A stretch of DNA of 64,000 nucleotides from Patescibacteria group bacterium (GTDB taxonomy: Bacteria; Patescibacteriota; Patescibacteriia; SG8-24; DYFX01): NCBI GenBank assembly GCA_038062835.1, contig JBBTWH010000009.1, forward strand, positions 8,257 to 72,256, written 5' to 3'. The position numbers and the translations under genes were made by a program. This document shows, piece after piece, positions 28,879 through 37,950 of the stretch (the first letter of the stretch is position 1; each line of letters begins with the position of its first letter). The notes beneath the pieces are model-generated. The model saw only the letters and a program-made list of their open reading frames with translations. It searched no databases and was not told where the DNA came from.

Positions 28879-30053
28879 AGACCGAAGCCGAACAGCGCGC
28901 CCGGACCGACCGGATTCATGCCCTTGTCCAATTCCAGCGCGTCGCTCCAGCCGTCGCCGTCCGTATCGGGATTCCAGGCGTCGGATCCATAGAAATGCTC
29001 TTGCCCGTCCGAAAGGCCGTCGCCGTCGCTGTCCGCCTCCCGTACGGCCGCGCCGGTCGCCGGAAGAGTCGCCTGAAGAGCGGGCGTCGTTTCAGTCGCC
29101 GTCGGCCCGCGACCGCCGGCGAGGCTCAGTCGTTTGGAAAAAGCCGGACCGAGAGCCTTCTCGACGTCTTCCGCCTGCGGCACGTCGAAGACGACCGGTC
29201 GTCCGTAACGGGAGAACCGCACGGTGCCGCCCACGGCCCCGGACGCATCCGCTCCGTTCATGGCGCTGAAGAGGCCGATCTTGAGGAATTTCCCGGTGCG
29301 CTTGTCGATCCAGACCTCGCCGACCGGTTTTCCCCACCGGATCATGTCCGCCGTCACGGCCAGGACGTCCTCGGCGTCGATGGCCCGTCCGACGCGCGCC
29401 TCGCGAAGCTTGAGAAGCAGGGCCGAGACGGCCTCCATGTTCATCTCGACGGCATAATGGCGCGCCTTGGCGTCGAGCAGCTTCTCGTCCGGCAGTTTTT
29501 CGGTGACGGTGAAGAGGTCGACGCTCGAGAACGCCTGCGCCATGGCGGCCACCCCGAGCGCGTCGAGCGGCCGTTCCGCGAGCGCTCGTTCGTCGGGCGG
29601 CAGGATGAATTCCAGGAACGGCCGCTCGGAAACGACCCACTTTCCTTTCAGCCGCGCGGCGACGTCGGAAGAAAGATCCCCGGTATCTTCGAGTCTCAGG
29701 TAGTGGCGCCCGTCCTTGCGCCGCGCCTCGCCGGAGAGCCTCATCTCCGCCGAGCCGCTCCCTTGAGCGAAGGCGAAGGTCGAGACCGAAGCATGCCTGA
29801 ACGGATCGGTGCGATCGAGATCCACGCGCATGACGATGTCGACGCCTGTCGCGCTCGGCGTCGCGACGCCACCCAATTCCTGCGGCGGCAGCGCGAGCGC
29901 CGCTTCCGACTCGACACGCATCGTCTTCTCGACGGCGAGCTTGCGCTGCGCCTTGTTGAGGACGGTCCTGGGGGCGGGTTCCGACAGGAACACGGCCATC
30001 GACACGACGGCGGCAAGTCCGAGCCCTCCGAAGATGATCGCGCGCTTAGGCAT
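28875..30053 (-). CDS. Membrane-anchored protein with C-terminal Ca-binding DxDxDG (TSP3-like) repeats
   Basis: N-terminal TM; DSDGDGLSDGQE...GSD..NPDTDGDGWSDALE. Confidence 0.7.
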   Translation of the reverse strand: MPKRAIIFGGLGLAAVVSMAVFLSEPAPRTVLNKAQRKLAVEKTMRVESEAALALPPQELGGVATPSATGVDIVMRVDLDRTDPFRHASVSTFAFAQGSGSAEMRLSGEARRKDGRHYLRLEDTGDLSSDVAARLKGKWVVSERPFLEFILPPDERALAERPLDALGVAAMAQAFSSVDLFTVTEKLPDEKLLDAKARHYAVEMNMEAVSALLLKLREARVGRAIDAEDVLAVTADMIRWGKPVGEVWIDKRTGKFLKIGLFSAMNGADASGAVGGTVRFSRYGRPVVFDVPQAEDVEKALGPAFSKRLSLAGGRGPTATETTPALQATLPATGAAVREADSDGDGLSDGQEHFYGSDAWNPDTDGDGWSDALELDKGMNPVGPGALFGFGL

Positions 30054-31308
30054 CGAGATATTTCCTGCCTTTGAGGGACTTCGGGAGATATTCCTGGTCG
30101 ACGGTTTCCTTGAAGTCGGGGCCGTATTTATAGCCTTTGCCGTAACCGATCCGCTTCATCAGCTTCGTCGTCGCGTTGCGTAGGTGAAGCGGCACGCCCT
30201 CGTTCGGAAGCTCGCGGATATCGGATTTGACCTTGCCGTACCCGACATACAGCGCGTTGGATTTCGGCGCGCGAGCGCAATACGCGACGGCCTGCGCCAG
30301 GATGACGTCGCACTCCGGCATGCCCATCTGATGGCAAGCCTGGTACGCGGCGACGCACTGCACGAGCGCGTTCGGATCGGCGAGACCGATGTCCTCCGAG
30401 GCGAAACGTACGACGCGGCGCGCGACATACAGCGGGTCCTCGCCCGCCTCGAGCATCCGTCCGAGCCAGTAGAGCGCCGCGTCGGCGTCGGACCCGCGCA
30501 TCGACTTATGGAGCGCCGAGATGATGTTGTAGTGCTCTTCCCCCTGCCGGTCGTAAAGCAGGTGATTCTTCTGAAGCGTCTTGGCGAGGGCTTCCTTCTT
30601 CAAGTGTACCACGCCGTCCGCGTCGGGCCGAACGCTCCGAAGGCCCAATTCCAGGCCGTTCAGGGCCGATCGCGCGTCACCGTTCGCGCTGGCCGCCAAG
30701 TACCCCAGCGCGTCTTTTCCGGCCTCGATCCTGTACGGATAGGCCTCTCGCTTGCGGACGAGTTCCAGCGCGCGCTCGAGGACCGTCTCGACGGCTTCCG
30801 TCGAGAGCGCTTGCAGGATGAAGACGCGTGAACGCGAAAGCAAGGCCCCGTTCACTTCGAACGACGGGTTCTCCGTGGTGGCGCCGATCAGCACGACCGT
30901 GCCGTCTTCGACGTGCGGCAGGAAGGCGTCCTGCTGGGCCTTGTTCCAACGGTGGATCTCGTCGATGAAGACGATCGTCCGCTCGCCGTGGAGGATGCGC
31001 CGCTCTTTCGCCTCCTCGACCGCCTTCTTGAGGTCGGCGATGCCGGATGTGGTGGCCGAGAGCGGCACGAATCGCGCCTTCGTCATCCTGGCGACGATGC
31101 GCGCGAGCGTCGTCTTGCCTACGCCCGGCGGACCCCACAGGACCATCGAAGGGATGGCATCCAATTCCAAAAGCGTGCGGAGCGGAGAGCCGGGACCGAC
31201 CAATTCGTCCTGCCCGACGAAGTCGTCGAGCGTCTCGGGACGCATGAGTTCCGCGAGCGGCGCCTGCTTCTTCATTTCCACCTTATCTTTGAGGTCGAAC
31301 AGGTCCAT
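30046..31308 (-). CDS. rarA: Replication-associated recombination protein A (MgsA)
   Basis: PLAELMRP, WGPPGVGKTT, FIDEIHR, GATTENPSF, ISALHKSMRGSD, EDIGLAD, VPLHLRNA. Confidence 0.95.
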   Translation of the reverse strand: MDLFDLKDKVEMKKQAPLAELMRPETLDDFVGQDELVGPGSPLRTLLELDAIPSMVLWGPPGVGKTTLARIVARMTKARFVPLSATTSGIADLKKAVEEAKERRILHGERTIVFIDEIHRWNKAQQDAFLPHVEDGTVVLIGATTENPSFEVNGALLSRSRVFILQALSTEAVETVLERALELVRKREAYPYRIEAGKDALGYLAASANGDARSALNGLELGLRSVRPDADGVVHLKKEALAKTLQKNHLLYDRQGEEHYNIISALHKSMRGSDADAALYWLGRMLEAGEDPLYVARRVVRFASEDIGLADPNALVQCVAAYQACHQMGMPECDVILAQAVAYCARAPKSNALYVGYGKVKSDIRELPNEGVPLHLRNATTKLMKRIGYGKGYKYGPDFKETVDQEYLPKSLKGRKYLDA

Positions 31309-31521
31309 ACAAGGCCATCTTACACGAACGCAAGGCGAACGAGTCAAACACGAAGCTCCCCGGCTGCACGGGGAGCTTCGCGATGTTTTCCCCAACAGGA
31401 ACACTGACCTGTCCTCTGTTGGGTAAAGATGATGGGGCCGTCCTGCCGCGCGACCGTAACTCCCGGGAGGCTGGAACTGTTCGCCTTCATCATACCACGA
31501 AAAAAGGCCTGACCGAGGAGG

Positions 31522-31983
31522 TCAGGCCGAACCGGCGAAGCCGACCAGGTGCCCGCCGTAGAGCAGTCCGTCGGAACCATCGAGCGTCTCGCGCCAGGCG
31601 AGGGCGTCGTCCACGCCTTCGGGCCATGGGCGCCCGATGTCCGCGAGAAAGCGCCGCCACGGGTCGTTGATGAAGTGGTCAAAGACCTGCTCGGCGCTGC
31701 CGCGCGCGTCGCCGACCGGACGATAGATGCGGTCCGCCGCCACCAGCGCTCGCCACCAATCGTCCTCCGGACGGAAGATCGGTATCACGGTACAGACGAA
31801 GACGGCGCGACCCTCGCCGATGGCGCGCTCGAGCTTGCCGGTCGACCATAGCCGATAGCCATGCTTGGGACATTCCTGCGCGTAGACGGGAGTCTGACCT
31901 GGATACGCGGGCCTTTCCGAAATGATGGCGGTGGTGCCGAAGACGACGATCAAGTCCGGATCGCGGACGCCTGCTGTCTTCAT
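31522..31983 (-). CDS. Hypothetical protein
   Basis: GGAGG RBS upstream of ATG 31983; divergent from tRNA-Pro; no recognisable motif. Confidence 0.45.
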   Translation of the reverse strand: MKTAGVRDPDLIVVFGTTAIISERPAYPGQTPVYAQECPKHGYRLWSTGKLERAIGEGRAVFVCTVIPIFRPEDDWWRALVAADRIYRPVGDARGSAEQVFDHFINDPWRRFLADIGRPWPEGVDDALAWRETLDGSDGLLYGGHLVGFAGSA

Positions 31984-32093
31984 AATGAACCTCCATGGCA
32001 ATACCGACCCGGCAACGTACCTGAAAATCCAGCGACCGTCAACCCACCTCCTTGCCAGGATGAGCCGCATCGTGTAGAGTAGGCACGTCGCGC

Positions 32094-32168
32094 CGGAATG
32101 TAGCTCAGCGGTAGAGCGCTCGCTTCGGGTGCGAGAGGCCGCAGGTTCAATCCCTGTCATTCCGACCA
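32094..32168 (+). tRNA. tRNA-Pro (anticodon CGG)
   Basis: CGGAATG/CATTCCG acceptor stem, CTCGC-TTCGGGT-GCGAG anticodon arm, T arm GCAGG-TTCAATC-CCTGT, encoded CCA. Confidence 0.95.
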
Positions 32169-32349
32169 CGAAAACGCCTTCGTTGCATACGAGGGCTTTT
32201 TCGTTGTTTTGCGGGTGTACCTAGAAAGTAAGTGATGCAAAACCACCGCCTTTGGGCGGGGGAGCGTTTCGTCTTTTTGACTTTCCGATTCCCGCGTTCT
32301 ATGGTGGTTCGGTGAGGAAAGAAGAAGCGCTACTGAAGATGCCGTTTCA

Positions 32350-32781
32350 TTGAAAAAGGAGGCAGTCGTGCCGAAGAAGCAAAGCAGCGGAAACCTGTTC
32401 CAGTACGTCCTGATGTCAGCCGTCGCGCTGTTCCGCTGGGGCGTCAAGCGCCTCTGGAACATACTGACCTTCTGGCAAGCCGAGCGGAAGAAGCCGCTCG
32501 CCGACCGGCAAAAGGTCGACCGCCAGAAGGCCGTCGCCGGACTCCTCGCCGTCGTCATCGCCGTCGGCGGCGTGGCCTTCTTCGTCTGGAAGGGGCTCAT
32601 AGCCGTCTTCTCGATGTCCGTCGCCTTCCTCGACCGCCAGATGGCCCTCTACATCGGCGCCGCGCTCCTCATCGTCGGCCTCAACATCCTGCGGCTCATG
32701 CCGCAGCGCAAGAAGATCGGCCTCGTCCTGATGGCCCTCGGCGCGCTCCTCGTCGCCTACGGCCTCGGATATCTCGGATAG
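32350..32781 (+). CDS. Membrane hypothetical protein (3 TM)
   Basis: Hydrophobic segments; start may be GTG 32368 after AGGAGG; terminator follows. Confidence 0.65.
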   Translation: MKKEAVVPKKQSSGNLFQYVLMSAVALFRWGVKRLWNILTFWQAERKKPLADRQKVDRQKAVAGLLAVVIAVGGVAFFVWKGLIAVFSMSVAFLDRQMALYIGAALLIVGLNILRLMPQRKKIGLVLMALGALLVAYGLGYLG

Positions 32782-32783
32782 CG

Positions 32784-32813
32784 AAGACCCTCCGTCTCAC
32801 GGAGGGTCTTTTT
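32784..32813 (+). terminator. Intrinsic terminator
   Basis: AAGACCCTCCGT-ctc-ACGGAGGGTCTTTTT. Confidence 0.8.
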
Positions 32814-32871
32814 CGTCATCTAAAACCGACGACTGTCAAGACGCCGCACCTTCTTTCCTCCACCCCGCCAA

Positions 32872-33036
32872 GCGTCCGACCGCGCGCGAGCGAAGGGCCG
32901 GTTCCGGCGACCATCGCGGAGGCGCACGAGCTTGGTCCCCGAAGGGGTCGCGCGCCGAGCGTGAGGGCGACGCGCCGCAGGAGCGCGTCGACCCGGGTCG
33001 CCGGAACCGGTCCGAGCGGAGCGCGCGGTCGGACGC
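32872..33036. other. 165-bp multibranch inverted-repeat element (candidate structured RNA or MITE)
   Basis: Terminal arms GCGTCCGACCGCGCGC/GCGCGCGGTCGGACGC and CCGGTTCCGGCGACC/GGTCGCCGGAACCGG, with internal hairpins. Confidence 0.6.
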
Positions 33037-33038
33037 CC

Positions 33039-33605
33039 CTAAAACGGCATCGTCAGGTTGATGGGGTTCGGCTTGGCGTTCGGCATGCGGAAGTCGACCT
33101 TCACCGCCTTCTTGGCGCCGGCGCGGTCCTCATAGAAGATCTCGCCGTGCTTGAGGCCGTAGTCGTAGACCTCCTTCGTGATCTTCACGTCCATCAGGCA
33201 GTAGTCGCGCAGCTTGTCGAACTCCCCCTTCTTGAAGTACTCGAGCGCCTGCAGGCCGTGCCCGCTCTTGCCGGCGCCGATCGTCGCCTGCGCCACGCTG
33301 TCGAGCTTCAGCCGGAATCCCAGGCCGGCGTGGATCACTTCGAGCAAGTCAAGGCTCGGGAACGTCAGGAAGTCGCCTGGATAGTAGCTGTTCATCACCG
33401 GATAATCGAAACCTTTGGTGTTGTAGCCGATGATGCGTTCGGCGCGCTCGAGGCGAGGCCAGAGATTCGGCAGCTCGTGCTCAAGATAGCTGGCGTACTC
33501 GTCGGTCTCGTAATAGTACACGCCGATCAGCGTGATCTTCGGCATGGCACCGTTCGGTCCGATGAGACCGTCCGTCTCGATGTCGAGCACGACTTCGTTC
33601 AGCAT
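33039..33605 (-). CDS. RNase H-like 3'-5' exonuclease domain protein (YprB/RNase_H_2-like)
   Basis: VVLDIET, IIGYN.KGFDYP, KLDSVA, YCLMDV (DEDD-type motifs). Confidence 0.85.
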   Translation of the reverse strand: MLNEVVLDIETDGLIGPNGAMPKITLIGVYYYETDEYASYLEHELPNLWPRLERAERIIGYNTKGFDYPVMNSYYPGDFLTFPSLDLLEVIHAGLGFRLKLDSVAQATIGAGKSGHGLQALEYFKKGEFDKLRDYCLMDVKITKEVYDYGLKHGEIFYEDRAGAKKAVKVDFRMPNAKPNPINLTMPF

Positions 33606-33613
33606 ACGAAAAA

Positions 33614-33680
33614 AGGTTTGAGGCTTGAGGATATGAGGTTTGAAACCGGGCGTCAAGCCTCAACGCTCAAACCTCAATCC
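33614..33680. repeat. Inverted array of degenerate heptamer repeats
   Basis: GGTTTGA GGCTTGA GGATATGA GGTTTGA ... TCAAGCC TCAACGC TCAAACC TCAATCC. Confidence 0.65.
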
Positions 33681-34184
33681 TTACCTCTGGACCGTGATCG
33701 TCGAGACCCGTTCGGGATTGCAGGATCCGACCGTGATGCGATTGTTCGTCGACTTGTTCACGTAGTAGCCGGTCTTGGTCGCATCATAGGTGACGACGCC
33801 GTTGGTGCCTTTCGGATCGACCGGCATCGAGGAGATGTATTCGTCCACGAGCGGCGACGAGAGGTTCAGGCAGGCGCCGAGCGTCGTACCCGCCGGGGCG
33901 CAGCCGGTGTTGCAGCCGGAGCCTGAGGTGCCGAGCACCTGCGCGGTCGAGGCGTCGCTGTCGATGCCCGCTGGCACGGCACCGACGTTGTCCGACATGT
34001 AATTCAGGATGGCGTTGAGCACCGAATAGACCTCACCCGCCCGCCGCGCGTCGCGCGCCTGAGAAAACCGCTTGGGCGGGTCCACGGCGACCAAAATAAT
34101 GGCCGCCAAGATGGCGATGATGCCAATGACAAGGAGTAATTCAATCAGGGTGAAGCCCTGTCGAACACGCCGTGAAAGCGCCAT
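33681..34184 (-). CDS. Type IV pilin
   Basis: GFTLIELLLVIGIIAILAAIILVAVDP; MPVDP; C-terminal Cys residues. Confidence 0.92.
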   Translation of the reverse strand: MALSRRVRQGFTLIELLLVIGIIAILAAIILVAVDPPKRFSQARDARRAGEVYSVLNAILNYMSDNVGAVPAGIDSDASTAQVLGTSGSGCNTGCAPAGTTLGACLNLSSPLVDEYISSMPVDPKGTNGVVTYDATKTGYYVNKSTNNRITVGSCNPERVSTITVQR

Positions 34185-34228
34185 TCTGGTGGGTTAAGGA
34201 AAGGCCGACTCGTCCCGAGATCAAACGC

Positions 34229-34807
34229 CTAGCGCTTGATCTTGATGCTCGGAGTCGTGATGTTGTCCTCGGACTCGGGGTTGCAGGCGCCGACCTCGAT
34301 GCGGCCGTTGGTCGAGCGCTTGATGTAGTAACCCGTCGCATTATCGTCGTACGTGTCCGTGTCGTTCGTACCGCGCGGATCGACCGGGATGGATGAGATG
34401 TACTCGTCGACAAGGGCCGTGTTCGTCGCCACGGCGATGATATGCGTCGCCGTACCCGCTCCGGTCAGGTGGTTCGGGCAGAGCGTGGTTCCCGTGATCG
34501 GACGGATGTCGAGCGTGAGGTTGCCGGTGCCGTTGTTCTCTCCGATGACGAACGGGACGTTGGCCGTCGCCGAGGAAATCTGCGTCGGCAGCTTGCCCTT
34601 GTAGTCGACCGTGTAGTTCAAGATGGCGTTCAAGATGGCGTTGGCTTCCGCGTAACGGCGGGCGTTGCGGGCCTGTTTGAGGCGCTTGGCAGGATCCACG
34701 GCGACCAAGATGATGGCAGCGAGAATCCCGATGATGCCGATGACGATCAGGAGCTCGATCAGGGTGAAACCCTTGGCACCATGATTCTTAATGGAAAGAC
34801 GGGACAT
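34229..34807 (-). CDS. Type IV pilin, paralog of the adjacent pilin
   Basis: KGFTLIELLIVIGIIGILAAIILVAVDP; shares LVDEYISS.PVDP.GTN and TGYY..STN.RI.VG.CNPE. Confidence 0.92.
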   Translation of the reverse strand: MSRLSIKNHGAKGFTLIELLIVIGIIGILAAIILVAVDPAKRLKQARNARRYAEANAILNAILNYTVDYKGKLPTQISSATANVPFVIGENNGTGNLTLDIRPITGTTLCPNHLTGAGTATHIIAVATNTALVDEYISSIPVDPRGTNDTDTYDDNATGYYIKRSTNGRIEVGACNPESEDNITTPSIKIKR

Positions 34808-34851
34808 ATCGGATCGCTTGTGGATAAAAATGATGCGTGTAATTCATTATA

Positions 34852-36963
34852 TCACAGGGCTTCCGGCAGTACGTCTGCGATGGCCGTAAGGCGTATTTCT
34901 CCTTCGGCGGCATCGCCGCCAAGGGACGCTTCAATGTCCCGGAACGCGTGCTTCGTGCCTTGCGCCGGCTCCGGCAATGCGCTGCGAAGCAAGATTTCGG
35001 CGTCGGCGATCTCTATGGCTGAAGAACGGGCCAGGACGACGGCATGCGCGCTGAAAGAACCGACAGGCTCTCCGACGACCGGCGCCTCAAGGTACCGGAT
35101 TTCGAAGATTTCGAAGGAATCCGCGACCAGAATCGCCCCTTCTCCGGCCTTGGCGGCGGCCGCGCTCTTGAGCGTCTCCTCCGCCTCGGATTCGAACATG
35201 CTTCGAAGCGAGGCTACGTCCTCTTCCGTGAACGGAGCTCCGGACACGGTCATGCCGCCCCGCGTCGGCTCGGACGTCTCGCCATATATGGCTTTCTGGA
35301 CGGCGACCGAAAGGCCAGGAATCGTGAAACGTCCCACGGGAACGTCCCCCTGCGCTCCCGACTGGTCGGCGGTCATCGCGGCCGAAACTCGGCCGCGCGC
35401 CGGGACGAAGACTCGGCTGTCCAGACGGAAGGTCACGCCGCCCTCGGAGAGCAAGCGCGTCGTGGCGACGAGCGTCTGGCCGTTGCCGCTCTCGTTGATG
35501 ATCAAGATAGTGCCCTTGGCGTATCCGGACGTCTCCTCGCCCGGGCGATCGACCGTCACGCGCAGCTCAGCTTCGACTTCGATGTCGGTCACGGCCAGGA
35601 CTCGCGGGTCGGCAGACGTGGCCTCGCCGATTTCAGCCGTGACCTCAAGCGGGATCGCGGACGACGCCGCTTGCGGGGCTTGAGTATCGGCAGGCGCGGC
35701 GCCGCGCATACGGAAGGACGCGAACCAGGCCCCGACGGCGAGCGTCAATACGGCCGCGACGGCGGCCGCCAACTTGAGCCATGTCGGCATATGACGCGCG
35801 CCTCCCCGCAGAGGCGCGATCCGGCGGGGACCGGCAGGGCGCGGCAGCTCGGCTGAATGGCCCTGGGCACCGGCCGAAAGCAGGTTGATGTCGGAGAACT
35901 TGCGGACGCCGAGGCCTCGCATCGAAAGCCCGACGGCGGTCGTCGCCAGGACGCCGCGCTCGCGGAGATTCAGCTTCTCCAGCAGAGGATCGAGCTCGAG
36001 TCCGGACCAAGGGTCCGCGTGCTCGACGCGCTGGGTACGGGACGGCGAGGAGAGCTTGCCGGATACGTATTCGACGAGCCCCGGCATCAGCGTCGAGCCG
36101 CCGCACATCACGATGCGGGAAATCGGGCGTCCGGACTTCGCTTCGTAGTATTCACGGGCGGCAAGGACGTCCTTGGCGAGACTGTCGGCGGTGTCGCGCA
36201 TGGCCTTCTGCGCCTTGAGGTCGAACTCGCCGATGAGCCCCTGATTGCGCTTCAGCGAATCGGCGTCTTCGACCGTGATACCGAGGGCGCGCGCGAGCGC
36301 CTGCGTGAAGGCGTCCCCGGCGGTCTCGAGCGCCTCGGAGAACTGGATGCCGCTGCGGTCGAAGACCGAGATATTGGAGACGCGCGCGCCGACATCGACG
36401 AACATCACGGGCTCCGCCTCGTTCGGCAGGAGCGTCGCGCGGGCGATGGAAGCGGATTCGTTCTCGACGGCCTCGAGCGAAAGGCCGGAGGCCGCGAAGA
36501 GGTCGAGATAGCTTTTCAGCGTGTCCTTGTGGACCGCCGCGTAGTAGATGTCCTTGCGGTCGGGGCGCTGGCCGATGACGGCGTAGCCGGAGACCATTTC
36601 GTCGTGGCGGTACGGGAAATACCCGTCCGCCTCGATGGCGAGCGAGCGTCCGAGTTCCGCCTCGTCGGCGACGCGCGGGACTTCGAAGATGTGGCTGTAG
36701 ACCTGCGACTCCGGCAAGGCGAAGACGACGCGATCGATGCCTTTCGGCAGAGGCGGCGTCATCTTGTCAGCCAGGAGCTTGCGGAGCGCGAGGCTCGCGA
36801 CGTCTCGGCGTTCCACGTAGCCGTCGACGACGGCGCCCGGCGGCAAGGTGGTGCGGCCGTAGGAAGCCACGGCGAGGCGATCGCCGCGGCGCACCATGAA
36901 AACGGCCTCGATCGAATGATCGGAGATGTCGAGACCGATCGCCGGTTTTTGAAACATGGCCAT
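34852..36963 (-). CDS. pilM: PilM actin-like ATPase fused to a TM helix and an extracytoplasmic baseplate-J-like domain
   Basis: IGLDISDHSIEAV, VDVGARVS, CGGSTLMPGL, VGLSMRG..INLL, then TM and AKGTILIINE...LVATTRL..GVTFRL..VFVP...AD.SG..G....FTIPGL. Confidence 0.75.
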   Translation of the reverse strand: MAMFQKPAIGLDISDHSIEAVFMVRRGDRLAVASYGRTTLPPGAVVDGYVERRDVASLALRKLLADKMTPPLPKGIDRVVFALPESQVYSHIFEVPRVADEAELGRSLAIEADGYFPYRHDEMVSGYAVIGQRPDRKDIYYAAVHKDTLKSYLDLFAASGLSLEAVENESASIARATLLPNEAEPVMFVDVGARVSNISVFDRSGIQFSEALETAGDAFTQALARALGITVEDADSLKRNQGLIGEFDLKAQKAMRDTADSLAKDVLAAREYYEAKSGRPISRIVMCGGSTLMPGLVEYVSGKLSSPSRTQRVEHADPWSGLELDPLLEKLNLRERGVLATTAVGLSMRGLGVRKFSDINLLSAGAQGHSAELPRPAGPRRIAPLRGGARHMPTWLKLAAAVAAVLTLAVGAWFASFRMRGAAPADTQAPQAASSAIPLEVTAEIGEATSADPRVLAVTDIEVEAELRVTVDRPGEETSGYAKGTILIINESGNGQTLVATTRLLSEGGVTFRLDSRVFVPARGRVSAAMTADQSGAQGDVPVGRFTIPGLSVAVQKAIYGETSEPTRGGMTVSGAPFTEEDVASLRSMFESEAEETLKSAAAAKAGEGAILVADSFEIFEIRYLEAPVVGEPVGSFSAHAVVLARSSAIEIADAEILLRSALPEPAQGTKHAFRDIEASLGGDAAEGEIRLTAIADVLPEAL

Positions 36964-37024
36964 GGCGTTCACGCCAAAAGACTGGGGCTGAGTCCCCGTG
37001 AGCCTATCATACCACGAACCTGCC

Positions 37025-37435
37025 TTAATCCGCCTCCCTCCAGGAGTTGATCTTGATTTTTTTGGCGTTGGCCGAGTTGTTGGACTTGATGGTCACGTTG
37101 GCGTCGACGATGCGGACGGCGTACCGATACTCGCCCTGGCCGCGGACCAGTCGATCGTTCCCGCCCAGGTTCGTGACGGAAATCACGCATTCGCCGCCGT
37201 CCAAAGAGAACGAGCCGCCCGCGTAAGCCGCGTTCATCTTGAGCTGTTCGAGGCCCTCCTCGACGCAGGCGTCGGCCAGGCTGAACGCGATCTCGCCGTC
37301 CTCGACCACGCCGGTCAGGACCGCTTCGTCGTTGCCGACTGCGGATATGGTGATGCCGATCGAGATGAGCGTCACCATGACGATCAGCACGGTGATGAGG
37401 GCGACGACGCCTTTGGGAGCGTTGGGGTGCGTCAT
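37025..37435 (-). CDS. PilX-like minor pilin
   Basis: KGVVALITVLIV (no E5); AFSLADACVEEGL; ends SWREAD. Confidence 0.75.
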   Translation of the reverse strand: MTHPNAPKGVVALITVLIVMVTLISIGITISAVGNDEAVLTGVVEDGEIAFSLADACVEEGLEQLKMNAAYAGGSFSLDGGECVISVTNLGGNDRLVRGQGEYRYAVRIVDANVTIKSNNSANAKKIKINSWREAD

Positions 37436-37436
37436 A

Positions 37437-37949
37437 TCAATCTTTGCGGATGACGGCGGTGCCGCTCGCCGCCGCCACGTACGTGAAAGCCTGGTCGGGA
37501 TTGTCGGAAGCGAAGGCGAGCGTGATGACGGCGGTGACGGCGTTGTTGTTGCCGCCGAGGTTATCCTTGGAGAAGCGCAGGGAGGTGACGTTCACGCGCG
37601 GGGTCGTGAGCGGCGTCGCCGGCCCGCTCCCCTCCTTCATGCGCACGGCACCGCCGGAGAGGTCGAAGACGGTGGGCGTGTTCGAGGCGCTCGGCATATC
37701 GACGGACAAGACGCCGCTGTCGCTGTTGAACGTCGAGGCGCCGACGTTCAGCTTCGACGCCTGGCGGACCGTGCGCAGCATGCGTTGCATGCCGAAGCGC
37801 ATGTTCTGCTCGACCTCGGCGATGACGGCCGTCTTCGCGCGGGTGCGGATGACGTCCAGCGCGAAGAGCGTGATCGCCGAGATGACGATCGAGATGAGGG
37901 CGAAATAGATGATGAATTCCAGCAGGGTGAAGCCCTTGGGATGACGCAT
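37437..37949 (-). CDS. PilW-like minor pilin
   Basis: KGFTLLEFIIYFAL prepilin motif. Confidence 0.85.
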   Translation of the reverse strand: MRHPKGFTLLEFIIYFALISIVISAITLFALDVIRTRAKTAVIAEVEQNMRFGMQRMLRTVRQASKLNVGASTFNSDSGVLSVDMPSASNTPTVFDLSGGAVRMKEGSGPATPLTTPRVNVTSLRFSKDNLGGNNNAVTAVITLAFASDNPDQAFTYVAAASGTAVIRKD

Positions 37950-37950
37950 A

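Noticed and set aside
24161-32168. Integrative island anchored at tRNA-Glu or tRNA-Pro
   Set aside because: No duplicated tRNA 3' end or integrase seen; the intervening genes are mostly core (murF, ftsI-like, rarA).
34819-34827. Perfect DnaA box (TGTGGATAA) upstream of the pilin, and a near match at 8943-8951
   Set aside because: Isolated boxes with no cluster, AT-rich unwinding region or dnaA/dnaN nearby; not enough for oriC, and a regulatory role cannot be judged from the sequence.
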